Source: a bacterium
GTDB taxonomy: Bacteria; Patescibacteriota; Microgenomatia; Levybacterales; UBA12049
NCBI GenBank assembly: GCA_021791545.1
Contig: JAJYWL010000016.1
Coordinates: 155,704 to 219,703, forward strand
DNA length: 64,000 nt
Reading direction: 5' to 3'
The translations under genes were made by a program, and so were the position numbers. Shown here piece by piece: positions 46,846 to 57,348 of this stretch. Below the pieces are notes generated by a model that saw only the letters and a list, made by a program, of their open reading frames with translations, searched no databases and had not been told where the DNA came from. How positions within the stretch are numbered: position 1 is the first letter of the stretch; every line of letters starts with the position of its first letter.

Positions 46846-49800
46846 TAATAACAACGAAAGAAAAAATAAAGATATAACCATTTTGGACTTTAAAGCCCTT
46901 AAGCTTTTACTTGCTAACAAAGAGGACATAATGAACTGGTCCTATGGCGAAGTTACAAAGCCTGAGACCATAAACTACAGAACATTAAGACCTGAAAAAG
47001 ACGGTTTATTCGACGAGAGAATTTTTGGACCTACGAAAGACTGGGAATGTTATTGCGGAAAATATAAGAGAATAAGAAATAGAGGAATAATCTGCGATAA
47101 ATGCGGAGTCGAAGTTACTTTATCAAGAGTAAGAAGAGAGAGAATGGGACACATTTCTCTTTCCGCACCCGTTGCGCACGTTTGGTTCTTTAAGGGTGCA
47201 TCTTCACCACTGTCCCTTATCTTGGACATGCCACAAAAAAGCCTTGAGTCTGTAATCTATTATGCATCATATCTGGTAGTCGATATCGATGAAGAAAAGA
47301 AAAAGGAAGCTTTGTCTACTTTGGACCAGACAATTAACGACAGAAAAGAAGAACAGAAGAAGCAGATGGAAGAAGAGGAAAAGAGAATTGAAGAAGAAAT
47401 GTCCGAAAAGACAAAAGAAACAAAAGGTAAAGTAAAAGGTGAACAGAAAGATTTGGTCCAACAGGAATTGGAACTTCAGAAGAGACAAAGAATTGCAAAA
47501 CTTGCAGACAGATTTGCATCAGAAAACAAGAAATTAGACGAAATATCCGAAGCTTTGGGAAGACTTCTTAAGAGTCTTAAAATTGGAAGCGTTTTATCTG
47601 AAGACGAATACTTCAAGATCATGGAATATGATATTCCGGTCTTTTTCACAATAAAAACAGGAGCAGAAGGTCTTATGGAATTAGTTACCAAAGTAGATCT
47701 TTCCCAGCTTATCGTTGATTTAAGAGAAGAAACAGAAAAATCAAAAGGACAAAGATACTTCAAACTTATAAAGAGATTGAGACTTTTGGAAGCAATGAGA
47801 AAAGCAAATATCTCTGCAGCAGCAATGGTATTCCAGGTACTTCCTGTTATCCCACCGGATCTTAGGCCTATGGTTCAGCTCTCGGGTGGAAGATTTGCAA
47901 CATCAGATCTTAACGATTTGTATAGAAGAGTTATCAACAGAAATAACAGATTAAGACACTTAATATCACTCGGAGCACCTGAAATAATCTTAAGAAACGA
48001 AAAAAGAATGCTTCAGGAATCTGTTGATTCGTTAATCGACGCATCACAAAGATCAAACCAGGTAGTTTCTTCACCTTTGAGATCACTTTCGGACATGTTA
48101 AGAGGAAAACAGGGAAGATTTAGGCAGAATCTTTTGGGAAAAAGAGTTGACTATTCAGGAAGATCGGTAATCGTAGTAGGGCCTCAGCTTACACTTTCTC
48201 AGTGCGGACTTCCAAAAGAAATGGCTTTGGAAATGTTCAAACCTTTTGTTTTGAGAGAAGTAATAGTAAGAGGATATGCTCCAAACATAAAGAGTGCAAA
48301 GAGATTTATAGAGAAAAGAAGCCCTGAAGTATTCGATATCTTGGAAGAAATAACAAAGAATCATCCAGTTTTACTTAACCGTGCACCTACACTTCATAAA
48401 TTAGGTATTCAGGCTTTCTATCCAGTACTTACTGAAGGAGCCGCAATTTCACTTCACCCTTGCGTTTGCGCAGGTTACAATGCTGACTTTGACGGAGATC
48501 AGATGGCTGTACATATTCCTTTGAGCGAAAAAGCACAGGAAGAAGCAATCGAGCTTATGATGCCAAAACATAACCTTTTGAAACCTGCAGACGGAAGCCC
48601 TATTACACTTCCTAACAAAGAAATGGCTGTCGGAATCTTCTATCTCACATCAGTTGACGAGACTCTTAGAAAAGAAGAACTCCTTAGTTTCATGGATATG
48701 ACAGAAGCTTTCCTTGCTCATTCGGAAGGAAAAGTAAAACTAAGAGAACCTGTAAATGTAAAAGTTGAGAACAAATTGATCGAAACAACCGTCGGAAGAT
48801 TGATGTTAAACGAAAGACTTCCTGAAAACTTCGGGTTCGTAAACGAAGCAGTAAAAGCATCAGGAATTAAGAAATTAATCACAAGAGCAATCCAGTCAAG
48901 AACAGCAGATGAAGTAGAAGATTTAATCGATAACATCAAATCGTTAGGATTTTATGGATCAACCGTTTCAGGAATTTCGGTATCTGTATTCGATAACGAA
49001 ATGGTAGAAGAAAAAGACAAGCTTATCGAGGAAGCGGAAGAAAAAGTTGCAGGAATAGAAAATGACTATCAGGAAGGACTTATCACAAACGAAGAAAAGA
49101 AAAGACTTTCAAATGAAGTATGGCTTGCAACTACAGATAAGATTGCAGACTTAACATGGAACAATCTTAAGACAGGAAACGTAATAAGAACAATCATCGA
49201 CTCAGAAGGAGCAAGAGCAGGAAAAGAACAGCTCAAACAGCTCTCTGCTATGAGAGGTCTTATCCTTGATCCTCTAGGAAAGATTGTTGAACTTCCCGTT
49301 AAATCAAACTTCAGAGAAGGTCTTTCAATCTTTGAATACGTAGCATCGGCAAGAGGTTCAAGAAAAGGACTTACAGATTCAGCCTTAAAGACAGCAAACG
49401 CAGGATACTTAACAAGAAGATTGGTCGATGTTTCCCATGACGTAATAATAAGAGGAGAAGATTGCGGAACAACCGAGGGAATTCTTGTAAGAGCGGAAGA
49501 ACCAGGAAGAACAACAGCTTTTGATCTTAGGATTTTGGGAAGATTTGCTGCAACTAAAGTTGTATCTCCAAAAGACAAGAAAACAATCCTTAATGCAGGA
49601 GAAGAAATAACAGAAGAAAAAGCAAAAGAAGTCGTGGCAGCAGGAGTAGAAGAAATGGTTGTCAGATCCGCAATAACTTGCAAACAGGAATACGGTCTTT
49701 GCGTAAAATGCTACGGATGGGACTTTTCAACAAGAAGAAGTGTTGAAGAAGGTGTACCTGTGGGAGTAGTAGCAGCACAGTCAATCGGAGAACCTGGAAC

Positions 49801-50644
49801 ACAGCTTACCATGAGGGTTAGACACTTTGGAGGAGTCGTAATGTCTGACGTTACCCAGGGTCTTCCTAGAGTTGAAGAACTCTTTGAAATGAGAACACCT
49901 AAGAGTCTTTCTCCTATTTCCGACATATCAGGAAAAGTAAAGATCGAGACAACAGATGACGGTTACATGGTCAAGATAACAAATTCCAAAGTTAAACCTA
50001 ATGAAGAAAGAGAATTCTTTGTTCCTTTGTCTTCAACACTTAATGTTTCTGACGGGGACGATATAAGCGTCGGAACACAGATTGCGATGGGATATCTTGA
50101 TCCTAAGGAAGTAATAAAGATTAAGGGAATGACAGATGCACAGATGTACATAATGAACGAAGCCCAGAAGGTTTACGAGTCTCAGGGAATCGGAATCAAC
50201 GACAAGCATTTTGAAGTTGTCCTTAGAAAGATGTCCGATAAAGTAATAGTAGAGACAGTCGGAGATACATCCCTTATTCCTGGAGACTTTATCACAAAGA
50301 CAAGATTTGAAGAAATAAATGCAGAAGTATTATCTCAAGGAGGAGAACCTGCAACTGCAAGACAGGTAATCCTTGGAATAACAAAGTCATCTTTGTTCTC
50401 AGATTCATGGCTTTCAGCTTCATCCTTCCAGGAAACAACAAAAGTATTAACAGATGCAGCACTCGAGGGAGCAGAAGATAGATTGGTCGGACTTAAGGAA
50501 AACGTTATTATCGGAAGACTTATTCCGGTTGAGGGAAAAGATGTCGAAGTAGCAGTTGAAGCCCCAAATGAAGAGGAAATGACCACAATAGAAACAAAGG
50601 TTGCGCCAGTAGAGGTTGAAGAACCGGGTGCTTCTGCTGTATAA
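46838..50644 (+). CDS. rpoC: DNA-directed RNA polymerase subunit beta'
   Basis: 1268 aa with the Zn-binding 'CYCGKYKRI...CDKCGVEV' and catalytic '[12 protein letters not shown]'. It overlaps the rpoB stop by 8 bp. Confidence 0.97.
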   Translation: MNNNNNERKNKDITILDFKALKLLLANKEDIMNWSYGEVTKPETINYRTLRPEKDGLFDERIFGPTKDWECYCGKYKRIRNRGIICDKCGVEVTLSRVRRERMGHISLSAPVAHVWFFKGASSPLSLILDMPQKSLESVIYYASYLVVDIDEEKKKEALSTLDQTINDRKEEQKKQMEEEEKRIEEEMSEKTKETKGKVKGEQKDLVQQELELQKRQRIAKLADRFASENKKLDEISEALGRLLKSLKIGSVLSEDEYFKIMEYDIPVFFTIKTGAEGLMELVTKVDLSQLIVDLREETEKSKGQRYFKLIKRLRLLEAMRKANISAAAMVFQVLPVIPPDLRPMVQLSGGRFATSDLNDLYRRVINRNNRLRHLISLGAPEIILRNEKRMLQESVDSLIDASQRSNQVVSSPLRSLSDMLRGKQGRFRQNLLGKRVDYSGRSVIVVGPQLTLSQCGLPKEMALEMFKPFVLREVIVRGYAPNIKSAKRFIEKRSPEVFDILEEITKNHPVLLNRAPTLHKLGIQAFYPVLTEGAAISLHPCVCAGYNADFDGDQMAVHIPLSEKAQEEAIELMMPKHNLLKPADGSPITLPNKEMAVGIFYLTSVDETLRKEELLSFMDMTEAFLAHSEGKVKLREPVNVKVENKLIETTVGRLMLNERLPENFGFVNEAVKASGIKKLITRAIQSRTADEVEDLIDNIKSLGFYGSTVSGISVSVFDNEMVEEKDKLIEEAEEKVAGIENDYQEGLITNEEKKRLSNEVWLATTDKIADLTWNNLKTGNVIRTIIDSEGARAGKEQLKQLSAMRGLILDPLGKIVELPVKSNFREGLSIFEYVASARGSRKGLTDSALKTANAGYLTRRLVDVSHDVIIRGEDCGTTEGILVRAEEPGRTTAFDLRILGRFAATKVVSPKDKKTILNAGEEITEEKAKEVVAAGVEEMVVRSAITCKQEYGLCVKCYGWDFSTRRSVEEGVPVGVVAAQSIGEPGTQLTMRVRHFGGVVMSDVTQGLPRVEELFEMRTPKSLSPISDISGKVKIETTDDGYMVKITNSKVKPNEEREFFVPLSSTLNVSDGDDISVGTQIAMGYLDPKEVIKIKGMTDAQMYIMNEAQKVYESQGIGINDKHFEVVLRKMSDKVIVETVGDTSLIPGDFITKTRFEEINAEVLSQGGEPATARQVILGITKSSLFSDSWLSASSFQETTKVLTDAALEGAEDRLVGLKENVIIGRLIPVEGKDVEVAVEAPNEEEMTTIETKVAPVEVEEPGASAV

Positions 50645-50658
50645 TTGACACTCGAATT

Positions 50659-51135
50659 ATGCCAACGTTATCACAACTATCAAGAAAAGGAAGAATTAAA
50701 AAGGCAAAGAAGATAAGATCAACAGGTCTTAGAAGACTTTTTAATGCAAAAGACAGGATCTATTCCAACGAGCCTGCTCCTCAAAAGAGGGGAGTTGTCA
50801 CTTTGGTAAAAACAATGACTCCTAAGAAACCTAACTCGGCTCTTAGAAAAGTTGCAAGAGTAAAACTTTCAAATAGGGTTGAAGTTACAGCATATATTCA
50901 AGGCGTTGGCCATTCTCTTTCAGAACACGGAATCGTTTTGGTAAGAGGTGGAAGAGTAAAGGATCTACCGGGAGTTAAATATCATATTGTAAGAGGAAAA
51001 TTTGATTTACAGGGAGTAGAAGGAAGAAAATCTTCAAGAAGCAAATACGGAGTTAAAAAGAGCGGTTCAGGACCTGCTAGAATCTCAGGTTCTGCACCTT
51101 CCACAGCAGCACCGGCAGCAGGAGGAGAAGCATAA
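50659..51135 (+). CDS. rpsL: 30S ribosomal protein S12 with ~30-aa C-terminal Gly/Ser/Ala-rich extension
   Basis: '[11 protein letters not shown]...[16 protein letters not shown]...[19 protein letters not shown]'. Confidence 0.92.
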   Translation: MPTLSQLSRKGRIKKAKKIRSTGLRRLFNAKDRIYSNEPAPQKRGVVTLVKTMTPKKPNSALRKVARVKLSNRVEVTAYIQGVGHSLSEHGIVLVRGGRVKDLPGVKYHIVRGKFDLQGVEGRKSSRSKYGVKKSGSGPARISGSAPSTAAPAAGGEA

Positions 51136-51136
51136 A

Positions 51137-51616
51137 ATGGCAAGACATGCAAAAATAGCTAAAAGACAAGTTGAGGCAGATAAAGTTTACCAAAGTGCTT
51201 TGGTTACTAAACTAGTAAATAGGATAATGAAAGACGGCAAGAAAACAGTAGCCGAAAAAGTATTTTATGGAACTTTAGATCTTTTGGGAAAAAATGGTGA
51301 AGATCCAATGAAAGTTTTTGAAGCCGCAATTGCAAATGTAGGTCCTAAAGTAGAAGTAAAAGCAAGAAGAGTCGGAGGAGCTTCATATCAGGTTCCATTG
51401 GAAGTAAGAGGAGATAGAAAACAATCTTTGGCAATAAGATGGATTGTTGAAGCAGCAAGAGCAAGAGCAAACAAAGACTACCATTCATTTGCAGAGAAAT
51501 TGGCAGCAGAAATAGTAGATGCTTCCAAAAACGAAGGAGCAGCAGTTAAGAAAAGAGATACTGTTCACAGAATGGCAGAGGCAAACAGAGCTTTTGCACA
51601 CTTCTCTAGATTCTAA
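51137..51616 (+). CDS. rpsG: 30S ribosomal protein S7
   Basis: 159 aa with 'KDGKKTVAEKVFYGTLD' and 'VEVKARRVGGASYQVPLEV'. Confidence 0.92.
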   Translation: MARHAKIAKRQVEADKVYQSALVTKLVNRIMKDGKKTVAEKVFYGTLDLLGKNGEDPMKVFEAAIANVGPKVEVKARRVGGASYQVPLEVRGDRKQSLAIRWIVEAARARANKDYHSFAEKLAAEIVDASKNEGAAVKKRDTVHRMAEANRAFAHFSRF

Positions 51617-52239
51617 TTTAACCTCTGAGGACCCTCTTCGCTCTCTTTATTTATATCTATATCTGGTCTTGGGATAAATGTAGTTTCAATTTCTTCATCA
51701 GTTAACCCTCTGAGATATGACCTGCTTCTTGATGGTAGACTGAGTATTTTTGCTTTAACTTGTTCAGGAAAACCCTCTCCTTCAATTTCAGCTAGAATTT
51801 TATTTACCATACCTACGGTTTGTTCGGGAGTTGAGTACTTACCAGAAAGAACATCTTTTCCATTTTCTCCTTCGAATATCCTTTTTAAAAGTTGTTCATA
51901 GAAATCAAAAATAGGGGTTAAATGTTTTCGTTCGCTCGTGTACAAGCCAAATTCGTAAAAGTCATCAAGTAATCCAATATTTATATTATCTTTGTCAAAG
52001 TTACTTTGAAAATTACAAAGTTCTACCATATTTCTTCCCACTCTTCCGCCAATTCCTCCCTCAACTCCAAACCCAGGGTTTGATAGACCAAACTTTGTCA
52101 TTAAAGCACCGTTTAAAAGTACTGTCATAAGATCTCTTTGTGGAATTTCTCTGTAATATGTGTCTACCCAAACGCCAAATATTGCTCTTGTGACTTGTAG
52201 ATTGGGATAATGTCTTTCTTTTCTTTCTGGGTCTGCCAT
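51613..52239 (-). CDS. hypothetical protein encoded antisense between rpsG and fusA
   Basis: 208 aa of non-repetitive, globular-looking sequence with a Gly-rich loop 'GFGVEGGIGGRVG'. No family recognized. It overlaps the rpsG stop by 4 bp. Confidence 0.5.
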   Translation of the reverse strand: MADPERKERHYPNLQVTRAIFGVWVDTYYREIPQRDLMTVLLNGALMTKFGLSNPGFGVEGGIGGRVGRNMVELCNFQSNFDKDNINIGLLDDFYEFGLYTSERKHLTPIFDFYEQLLKRIFEGENGKDVLSGKYSTPEQTVGMVNKILAEIEGEGFPEQVKAKILSLPSRSRSYLRGLTDEEIETTFIPRPDIDINKESEEGPQRLN

Positions 52240-52310
52240 TGTCGGATTTTACGCTTTTAATATAGTAATTGCAACTTAATTTTAAGCTAGATTAGATTTA
52301 TCTTTTATGG

Positions 52311-52347
52311 TATAATTTTAGAGCTCTTCCTGAGGGAGAGTTTTTTT
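52311..52347 (+). promoter_or_regulatory. fusA promoter -10 (TGgTATAAT, extended) and 5'-terminal leader hairpin + U7
   Basis: TATAAT at 52311-52316 with an upstream TG. The hairpin CUCUUCC-UGA-GGGAGAG at 52324-52340 has one G-U pair and is followed by U7 (52341-52347). The ATG is at 52359 with no SD. Confidence 0.45.
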
Positions 52348-52358
52348 AAGTTTAAAAT

Positions 52359-54464
52359 ATGGCAGAACAGCATACAAAAGATTTAAGTAAAGTAAGAAAT
52401 ATTGGAATTATCGCGCACATTGATGCGGGAAAGACCACAACAACCGAAAGAATTCTTTTCTACACAGGAAAGACCTACAAAATCGGTGATATTGACGAGG
52501 GAAACACCCAGATGGACTGGATGGAACAGGAAAGAGAAAGAGGAATCACTATCGTTTCTGCTGCAACTACAGCTTTCTGGAAAGATTACAGAGTAAATAT
52601 TATAGATACTCCCGGTCACGTAGACTTCACAGCAGAAGTAGAAAGATCTTTGAGAGTTTTAGACGGAGGCATTACCGTACTTGATGCAGAAGAAGGAGTA
52701 CAGTCTCAGTCAGAAACAGTATGGAGACAGGCAGATAAATACAAAGTTCCAAGGCTTTGCTTTGTAAACAAGATGGATAAGCTTGGTGCAGACTTTTTGG
52801 CAACAGTAAAATCTATTGAAGATAGATTAGGTGCAAATCCTCTCATCATGACTCTTCCTATCGGTTCTGAACAGACATTTAAAGGTATAGTCCACCTTTT
52901 GGATATGAAGTCATATATCTGGGGTTCAGATGAGCTTGGAGCAAAATTCGAAGTATCAGATGAAATTCCAGAAGAAATGAAAGCACAAGTTGAAGAATAT
53001 AGACATAAACTTATTGAGAAAGTTGCAGAAACAGACGATGTGTTAATCGATAAATACCTAAACGGAGAAGAAATTTCAGATGAAGAGCTTAAGGCAGCAT
53101 TAAGAAGAGCAGTAATTTCTTATAAATTAGTTCCTATTTTCGCAGGTTCGTCTTTGAGAAACAAAGGAGTTCAGCCTCTCTTGGATGCAGTTATAGATTA
53201 TCTTCCTTCGCCTTTGGACGTAGGAGCAATAAAAGGATTTAACCCTAAAACACAGGAAGAAGAAGAAAGAAAACCTGAAGATTCAGAACCTTTTGCAGGA
53301 CTTGCCTTCAAAATCCAGATAGATCCTCATGTAGGAAAATTGACATACTTTAGAGTCTATTCAGGAAAAGTAGAAGCAGGCTCATATATCCATAACTCTA
53401 CAAAGAATACTACTGAAAGAGTCGGAAGAATTCTTTTAATGCATGCAAATCATAGAGAGGAAATTAAAGAAGCTTTTGCAGGAGAAATCGTAGCATTGGT
53501 AGGACTTAAAGATACGGGAACAGGAGATACTCTTTGTGACGAAAAAGCTCCTATCGTTTTGGAACAGATTTCATTCCCTGAACCTGTTATTTCCTTGGCA
53601 ATCGAACCTAAAACAAAAGCAGACCAGGAAAAATTAGGCCTTGCATTAAAGAGACTTTCAGAAGAGGATCCAACATTCGGAATCAAGACAAACCACGAAA
53701 CGGGACAGACAATTATCTCAGGAATGGGAGAACTTCAGCTCGAAGTTATGGTAGACAGAATGAAGAGAGAATTTGGAGTTTTGGCAAACGTCGGAGCTCC
53801 ACAGGTAGCTTATAAAGAAACAATAAAACAAGAAGCAGAGGGAGAAGGAAAATACATAAGACAATCCGGAGGAAGAGGACAATATGGACACTGTTGGTTA
53901 AGAATTAAACCAAAGCCAAGAGGAGAAGGATACGAGTTTATAGATGCAATTAAGGGAGGAGCAATTCCTGCAGAATTCGTAAAAGCAATCGAAAAAGGAG
54001 TCTCAGAAACCTTGGCAAACGGAATACTTCTCGGATATCCGGTCGTCGATATGGAAGTAACTGTATATGACGGATCATTCCACGAAGTTGACTCATCAGA
54101 AGTAGCATTTAAGATTGCAGCATCACAGGCTTTACAGGCAGCTTCCAAAAAAGCAGACATGGTGTTACTTGAGCCTATCATGAAAGTTGAAGTCACAACC
54201 CCAAGCGAATATATGGGAGATGTAATCGGAGATTTGTCTTCAAAGAGAGCTCAGATTATGGGAACTGAAGAAAAAGGAAAAGCAACAGTAATTTTGGCAA
54301 TGGTTCCTTTGGCAGAACTATCAGGATATGCAACTACATTAAGATCCATGTCACAGGGAAGAGCTTCATATTACATGGAACCATCACACTACGAGGAAGT
54401 ACCTCAGAATATTGTCCAACAGATGTTGGCAAAATCAACCTTCACAGGAAGAGTAGAAGCTTAA
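52359..54464 (+). CDS. fusA: Elongation factor G
   Basis: 701 aa with '[20 protein letters not shown]', 'DTPGHVDF' and all five EF-G domains. Confidence 0.97.
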   Translation: MAEQHTKDLSKVRNIGIIAHIDAGKTTTTERILFYTGKTYKIGDIDEGNTQMDWMEQERERGITIVSAATTAFWKDYRVNIIDTPGHVDFTAEVERSLRVLDGGITVLDAEEGVQSQSETVWRQADKYKVPRLCFVNKMDKLGADFLATVKSIEDRLGANPLIMTLPIGSEQTFKGIVHLLDMKSYIWGSDELGAKFEVSDEIPEEMKAQVEEYRHKLIEKVAETDDVLIDKYLNGEEISDEELKAALRRAVISYKLVPIFAGSSLRNKGVQPLLDAVIDYLPSPLDVGAIKGFNPKTQEEEERKPEDSEPFAGLAFKIQIDPHVGKLTYFRVYSGKVEAGSYIHNSTKNTTERVGRILLMHANHREEIKEAFAGEIVALVGLKDTGTGDTLCDEKAPIVLEQISFPEPVISLAIEPKTKADQEKLGLALKRLSEEDPTFGIKTNHETGQTIISGMGELQLEVMVDRMKREFGVLANVGAPQVAYKETIKQEAEGEGKYIRQSGGRGQYGHCWLRIKPKPRGEGYEFIDAIKGGAIPAEFVKAIEKGVSETLANGILLGYPVVDMEVTVYDGSFHEVDSSEVAFKIAASQALQAASKKADMVLLEPIMKVEVTTPSEYMGDVIGDLSSKRAQIMGTEEKGKATVILAMVPLAELSGYATTLRSMSQGRASYYMEPSHYEEVPQNIVQQMLAKSTFTGRVEA

Positions 54465-55060
54465 GAAGTAAATTCGTCTCCGAAAATAGTTTCTCTTTGA
54501 TATCCAAAAGTCTTTTCTTTTTGTCTTACTGCTTCCAAAGCTATTCCTACGGCAATATTGATAAAGGCTCCTCTTACTGCGTCGTTTACGCTCATTTCGC
54601 TTAATTTTCCTATAGGTGTTTCCAGTGCAATTCTTCTATCCAAATATGAGTCAGGAAAGCCTTTGAGGTTTGCTTCAAGGATGCCTGCTAAAGCAAAAAG
54701 ACCGTCAAATCTCTCTTGAAATCTTCCTACTTCCTTTTTTCTTCTTCCTCTTAGATCGTATCTTTCAACTTGGTTTTTGGTTATTCCCAAGAAGTGAGCT
54801 ATTTTGTGATCATCGTATTTTAAGGTTTCCTTTATAAATCTTAATCTTGCTCTTTTTGAAGTTAATTCAGGTCGTGCTTCTAGTTGTTCATTAAAAGCAT
54901 CGGATGCGTTTCTTCTTAATGCTACATCTGCATCTTCGGGTAGTACTCTTTCAGGAATTGCCAATTCCACGCTAGGGGTTAAATTAAATTCTCCCGTTAA
55001 GAGAGGTTTTTTTGTTTTACTCCTTAATTCTTCTAATGTTGGTCTTCCGTCTGTTTCCAT
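54461..55060 (-). CDS. hypothetical protein with putative HTH, encoded antisense between fusA and tuf
   Basis: 199 aa. '[30 protein letters not shown]' resembles a sigma-70 region 4 / LuxR-type HTH. It overlaps the fusA stop by 4 bp. Confidence 0.5.
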   Translation of the reverse strand: METDGRPTLEELRSKTKKPLLTGEFNLTPSVELAIPERVLPEDADVALRRNASDAFNEQLEARPELTSKRARLRFIKETLKYDDHKIAHFLGITKNQVERYDLRGRRKKEVGRFQERFDGLFALAGILEANLKGFPDSYLDRRIALETPIGKLSEMSVNDAVRGAFINIAVGIALEAVRQKEKTFGYQRETIFGDEFTS

Positions 55061-55161
55061 GACATTAAATATTATAGGATAATTAAATAAAAGTCAATTC
55101 TACTTTATTAACTCAACTAATTTCTTACATAAATCCCATAATTACCTACTATTATTTCTGT

Positions 55162-55449
55162 ATGACTATAAGCATAGAGCAGGGTTCCAGAGGTGAAGAA
55201 AGTCAATTTGATCTTGAAAGAGATCAGGAAATTGATGTTTCTGTGGTAAATAGGAGGCTTATTAAGGTGAGAAAAATTACTTTAAGTGCTGTAGATGACG
55301 ATACTCTTAGAGTTAGTATGGGTGAAAGGAAAGGTAAAAAGATTAGCATTACAAGAAGAGGGGAATCAATCAATGTTTTTAACAGAAATATTAGGATGAG
55401 ATCGGAGGGAAAACCCGTAAAAGTTTTCTGGCATCCAAAGATGAGCTGA
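55162..55449 (+). CDS. small hypothetical protein
   Basis: 95 aa of basic, beta-rich composition. It is followed by an intrinsic terminator. Confidence 0.4.
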   Translation: MTISIEQGSRGEESQFDLERDQEIDVSVVNRRLIKVRKITLSAVDDDTLRVSMGERKGKKISITRRGESINVFNRNIRMRSEGKPVKVFWHPKMS

Positions 55450-55543
55450 TAGTTATTTCTTACCCTCTTCTTACCGAATTCTAAGCAGTTTCTTCGCGAG
55501 TTAGGACTAATATACTTGGCATATGGTATCCTTTACCACAAAT

Positions 55544-55570
55544 GGGACCGCAAACACGGTCTCATTTTTT
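55544..55570 (+). terminator. intrinsic terminator
   Basis: GGGACCG-CAAACA-CGGUCUC (7 bp, one G-U) followed by AUUUUUU. Confidence 0.6.
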
Positions 55571-55663
55571 AGAAACATGATAAAGTTATATATTAACTTT
55601 TTGCTAAGCGTTTAAAACGCGTTTTAGCCTTGAAAAGTGCTTCTAGAGAGCTATTTTTCCCTA

Positions 55664-55723
55664 TTGACGTAATTTAAGATATAGTGTAATATTATTCTTG
55701 ACCTTTGGAAAGGTCATTTTTTT
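55664..55723 (+). promoter_or_regulatory. tuf promoter (TTGACG-17-TAATAT) with 5'-terminal leader hairpin + U7
   Basis: TTGACG at 55664-55669 and TAATAT at 55687-55692. The hairpin UGACCUU-UGGA-AAGGUCA at 55699-55716 starts at the predicted TSS, followed by U7 (55717-55723). The ATG is at 55731 with no SD. Confidence 0.5.
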
Positions 55724-55730
55724 CGACAAT

Positions 55731-56912
55731 ATGGCAGACACATTTCAAAGAACAAAACCACATGTAAATATCGGGACCATCGGTCACGTAGATCATGGTA
55801 AGACAACATTAACTTCAGCAATAACAACCGTTCTTGCAAAGAAGGGTTTGGCAACAGCAAGAAAATATGAAGATATTGATAATGCTCCAGAAGAAAGAGC
55901 AAGAGGAGTCACGATCAATATTTCCCACCAGGAATACGAAACAGACAAAAGACACTATGCACACATCGATGCACCAGGTCACGCAGATTACATTAAGAAC
56001 ATGATTACAGGAGCCGCCCAAATGGACGGTGCAATCCTCGTAGTCTCAGCCCCAGACGGACCTATGCCTCAGACAAGAGAACACATTTTACTAGCACATC
56101 AAGTACAGGTTCCATCAATCGTAGTTTTCCTTAACAAATGCGATATGGTACAGGATCCAGAACTTTTGGATCTCGTTGAAATGGAAGTAAGAGAACTTCT
56201 CACAAAATATCAGTATCCCGGAAATGATGTACCAATCATAAGAGGATCAGCACTTAAAGCTCTCGAAGGAGATGCAGAAGCAGAAAAACAGATCCTTGCA
56301 TTAATGGATGCAGTTGATGAATACATTCCTACACCTGTAAGAGATACAGCAAAACCATTCCTTATGCCTGTAGAAGACGTCTTCTCAATCAAAGGAAGAG
56401 GAACAGTTGTAACAGGAAGAATCTCAAGAGGAATAGTAAAAGTAAACGACCCAGTTGAAATAGTCGGAATCAAAGCAACAAAAGCATCTGTTGTAACCGG
56501 AGTAGAAATGTTTAGAAAACAATTAGACGAAGGACAAGCAGGAGACAACGTTGGAATTCTTCTTAGAGGAGTCGAAAAACAAGACGTCGAAAGAGGACAG
56601 GTTCTCGCAAAACCAGGATCAATCACACCTCACACGCAATTTGAAGCAGAAGTATATATCCTTACAAAAGAAGAGGGTGGAAGACATACACCATTCTTCA
56701 CAGGATACAGACCTCAATTCTATATCGGGACAACCGACGTAACAGCTGAAGTTGCATTACCTGCAGGTGTAGAAATGGTCATGCCTGGAGACAGCACAAA
56801 GATGACGGTCAAGCTCATAGTTCCAATCGCAATGGAAGAAGGACTTAGATTTGCTATTAGAGAAGGTGGAAAAACTGTTGGAGCAGGAGTAATCTCTAAG
56901 ATTATTGCTTAA
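55731..56912 (+). CDS. tuf: Elongation factor Tu
   Basis: '[28 protein letters not shown]' opens a complete EF-Tu. The track's TTG start at 55698 would translate the leader hairpin. Confidence 0.97.
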   Translation: MADTFQRTKPHVNIGTIGHVDHGKTTLTSAITTVLAKKGLATARKYEDIDNAPEERARGVTINISHQEYETDKRHYAHIDAPGHADYIKNMITGAAQMDGAILVVSAPDGPMPQTREHILLAHQVQVPSIVVFLNKCDMVQDPELLDLVEMEVRELLTKYQYPGNDVPIIRGSALKALEGDAEAEKQILALMDAVDEYIPTPVRDTAKPFLMPVEDVFSIKGRGTVVTGRISRGIVKVNDPVEIVGIKATKASVVTGVEMFRKQLDEGQAGDNVGILLRGVEKQDVERGQVLAKPGSITPHTQFEAEVYILTKEEGGRHTPFFTGYRPQFYIGTTDVTAEVALPAGVEMVMPGDSTKMTVKLIVPIAMEEGLRFAIREGGKTVGAGVISKIIA

Positions 56913-56936
56913 TCAGCAGTTTTCTGATAAAATCAA

Positions 56937-56958
56937 TGACCGCAAGGTCATTTTTTTT
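56937..56958 (+). terminator. intrinsic terminator/attenuator after tuf
   Basis: UGACC-GCAA-GGUCA followed by U8. rpsJ follows 18 nt later without an obvious promoter, so read-through is likely. Confidence 0.5.
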
Positions 56959-56975
56959 GTAAGAAGGACTTTAAA

Positions 56976-57284
56976 ATGCCAAAAGGAAGAATAAGAGTAC
57001 GTTTAAAAAGCTACGACGCTAGAGTAATAGACTCTACCTGTCAACAAATTTTAGATACGGCCATAAGGACCGGAGCTCAGGTCGTGGGTCCGATACCATT
57101 GCCAACAAGAAGAAGTGTATACGCAGTAAACAAATCCCCATTCATAGATAAAAACGCCAGAGATCATTTTGAAATAAAAGTTCACAAAAGATTAATAGAT
57201 ATAATTTCTCCAACAGAAAAAACAATCGATTCATTAACTCACTTGGAATTACCCGCCGGAGTTAATGTCGAGATTAGAATGTAA
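56976..57284 (+). CDS. rpsJ: 30S ribosomal protein S10
   Basis: 102 aa with 'RIRVRLKSYDARVIDSTCQQILDTAIRTGAQVVGPIPLPT'. Confidence 0.93.
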   Translation: MPKGRIRVRLKSYDARVIDSTCQQILDTAIRTGAQVVGPIPLPTRRSVYAVNKSPFIDKNARDHFEIKVHKRLIDIISPTEKTIDSLTHLELPAGVNVEIRM

Positions 57285-57348
57285 TCTCGGCTTATCTCTT
57301 TACCTCTTTAATTGACAAAACAATAAAAATATCCTCTAATATATTAAG

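Noticed and set aside
43368-50586. Numerous 60-140 aa antisense or overlapping ORFs inside rpoB, rpoC, dnaK, pnp, fusA, tuf, alaS, metG and others (e.g. 44100-44492, 49069-49683, 56210-56626)
   Set aside because: They lie wholly inside strongly supported conserved genes, on the opposite strand or in alternative frames, and have low-complexity composition.
51613-52239. Possible macro-domain (ADP-ribose binding) assignment for the antisense ORF, based on the NGAL...GGIGGRVG and FGLYTSE segments
   Set aside because: The resemblance to the NAAN...GGGGV and GIYG motifs is weak, and the spacing is too short. It is reported only as hypothetical.
55450-55730. Searched for tRNA genes in the classic tRNA location upstream of tuf and in all other intergenic gaps >70 bp
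   Set aside because: No GTTCRANYC T-loop / cloverleaf candidates were found. The gaps contain promoters, hairpin terminators and palindromes instead.
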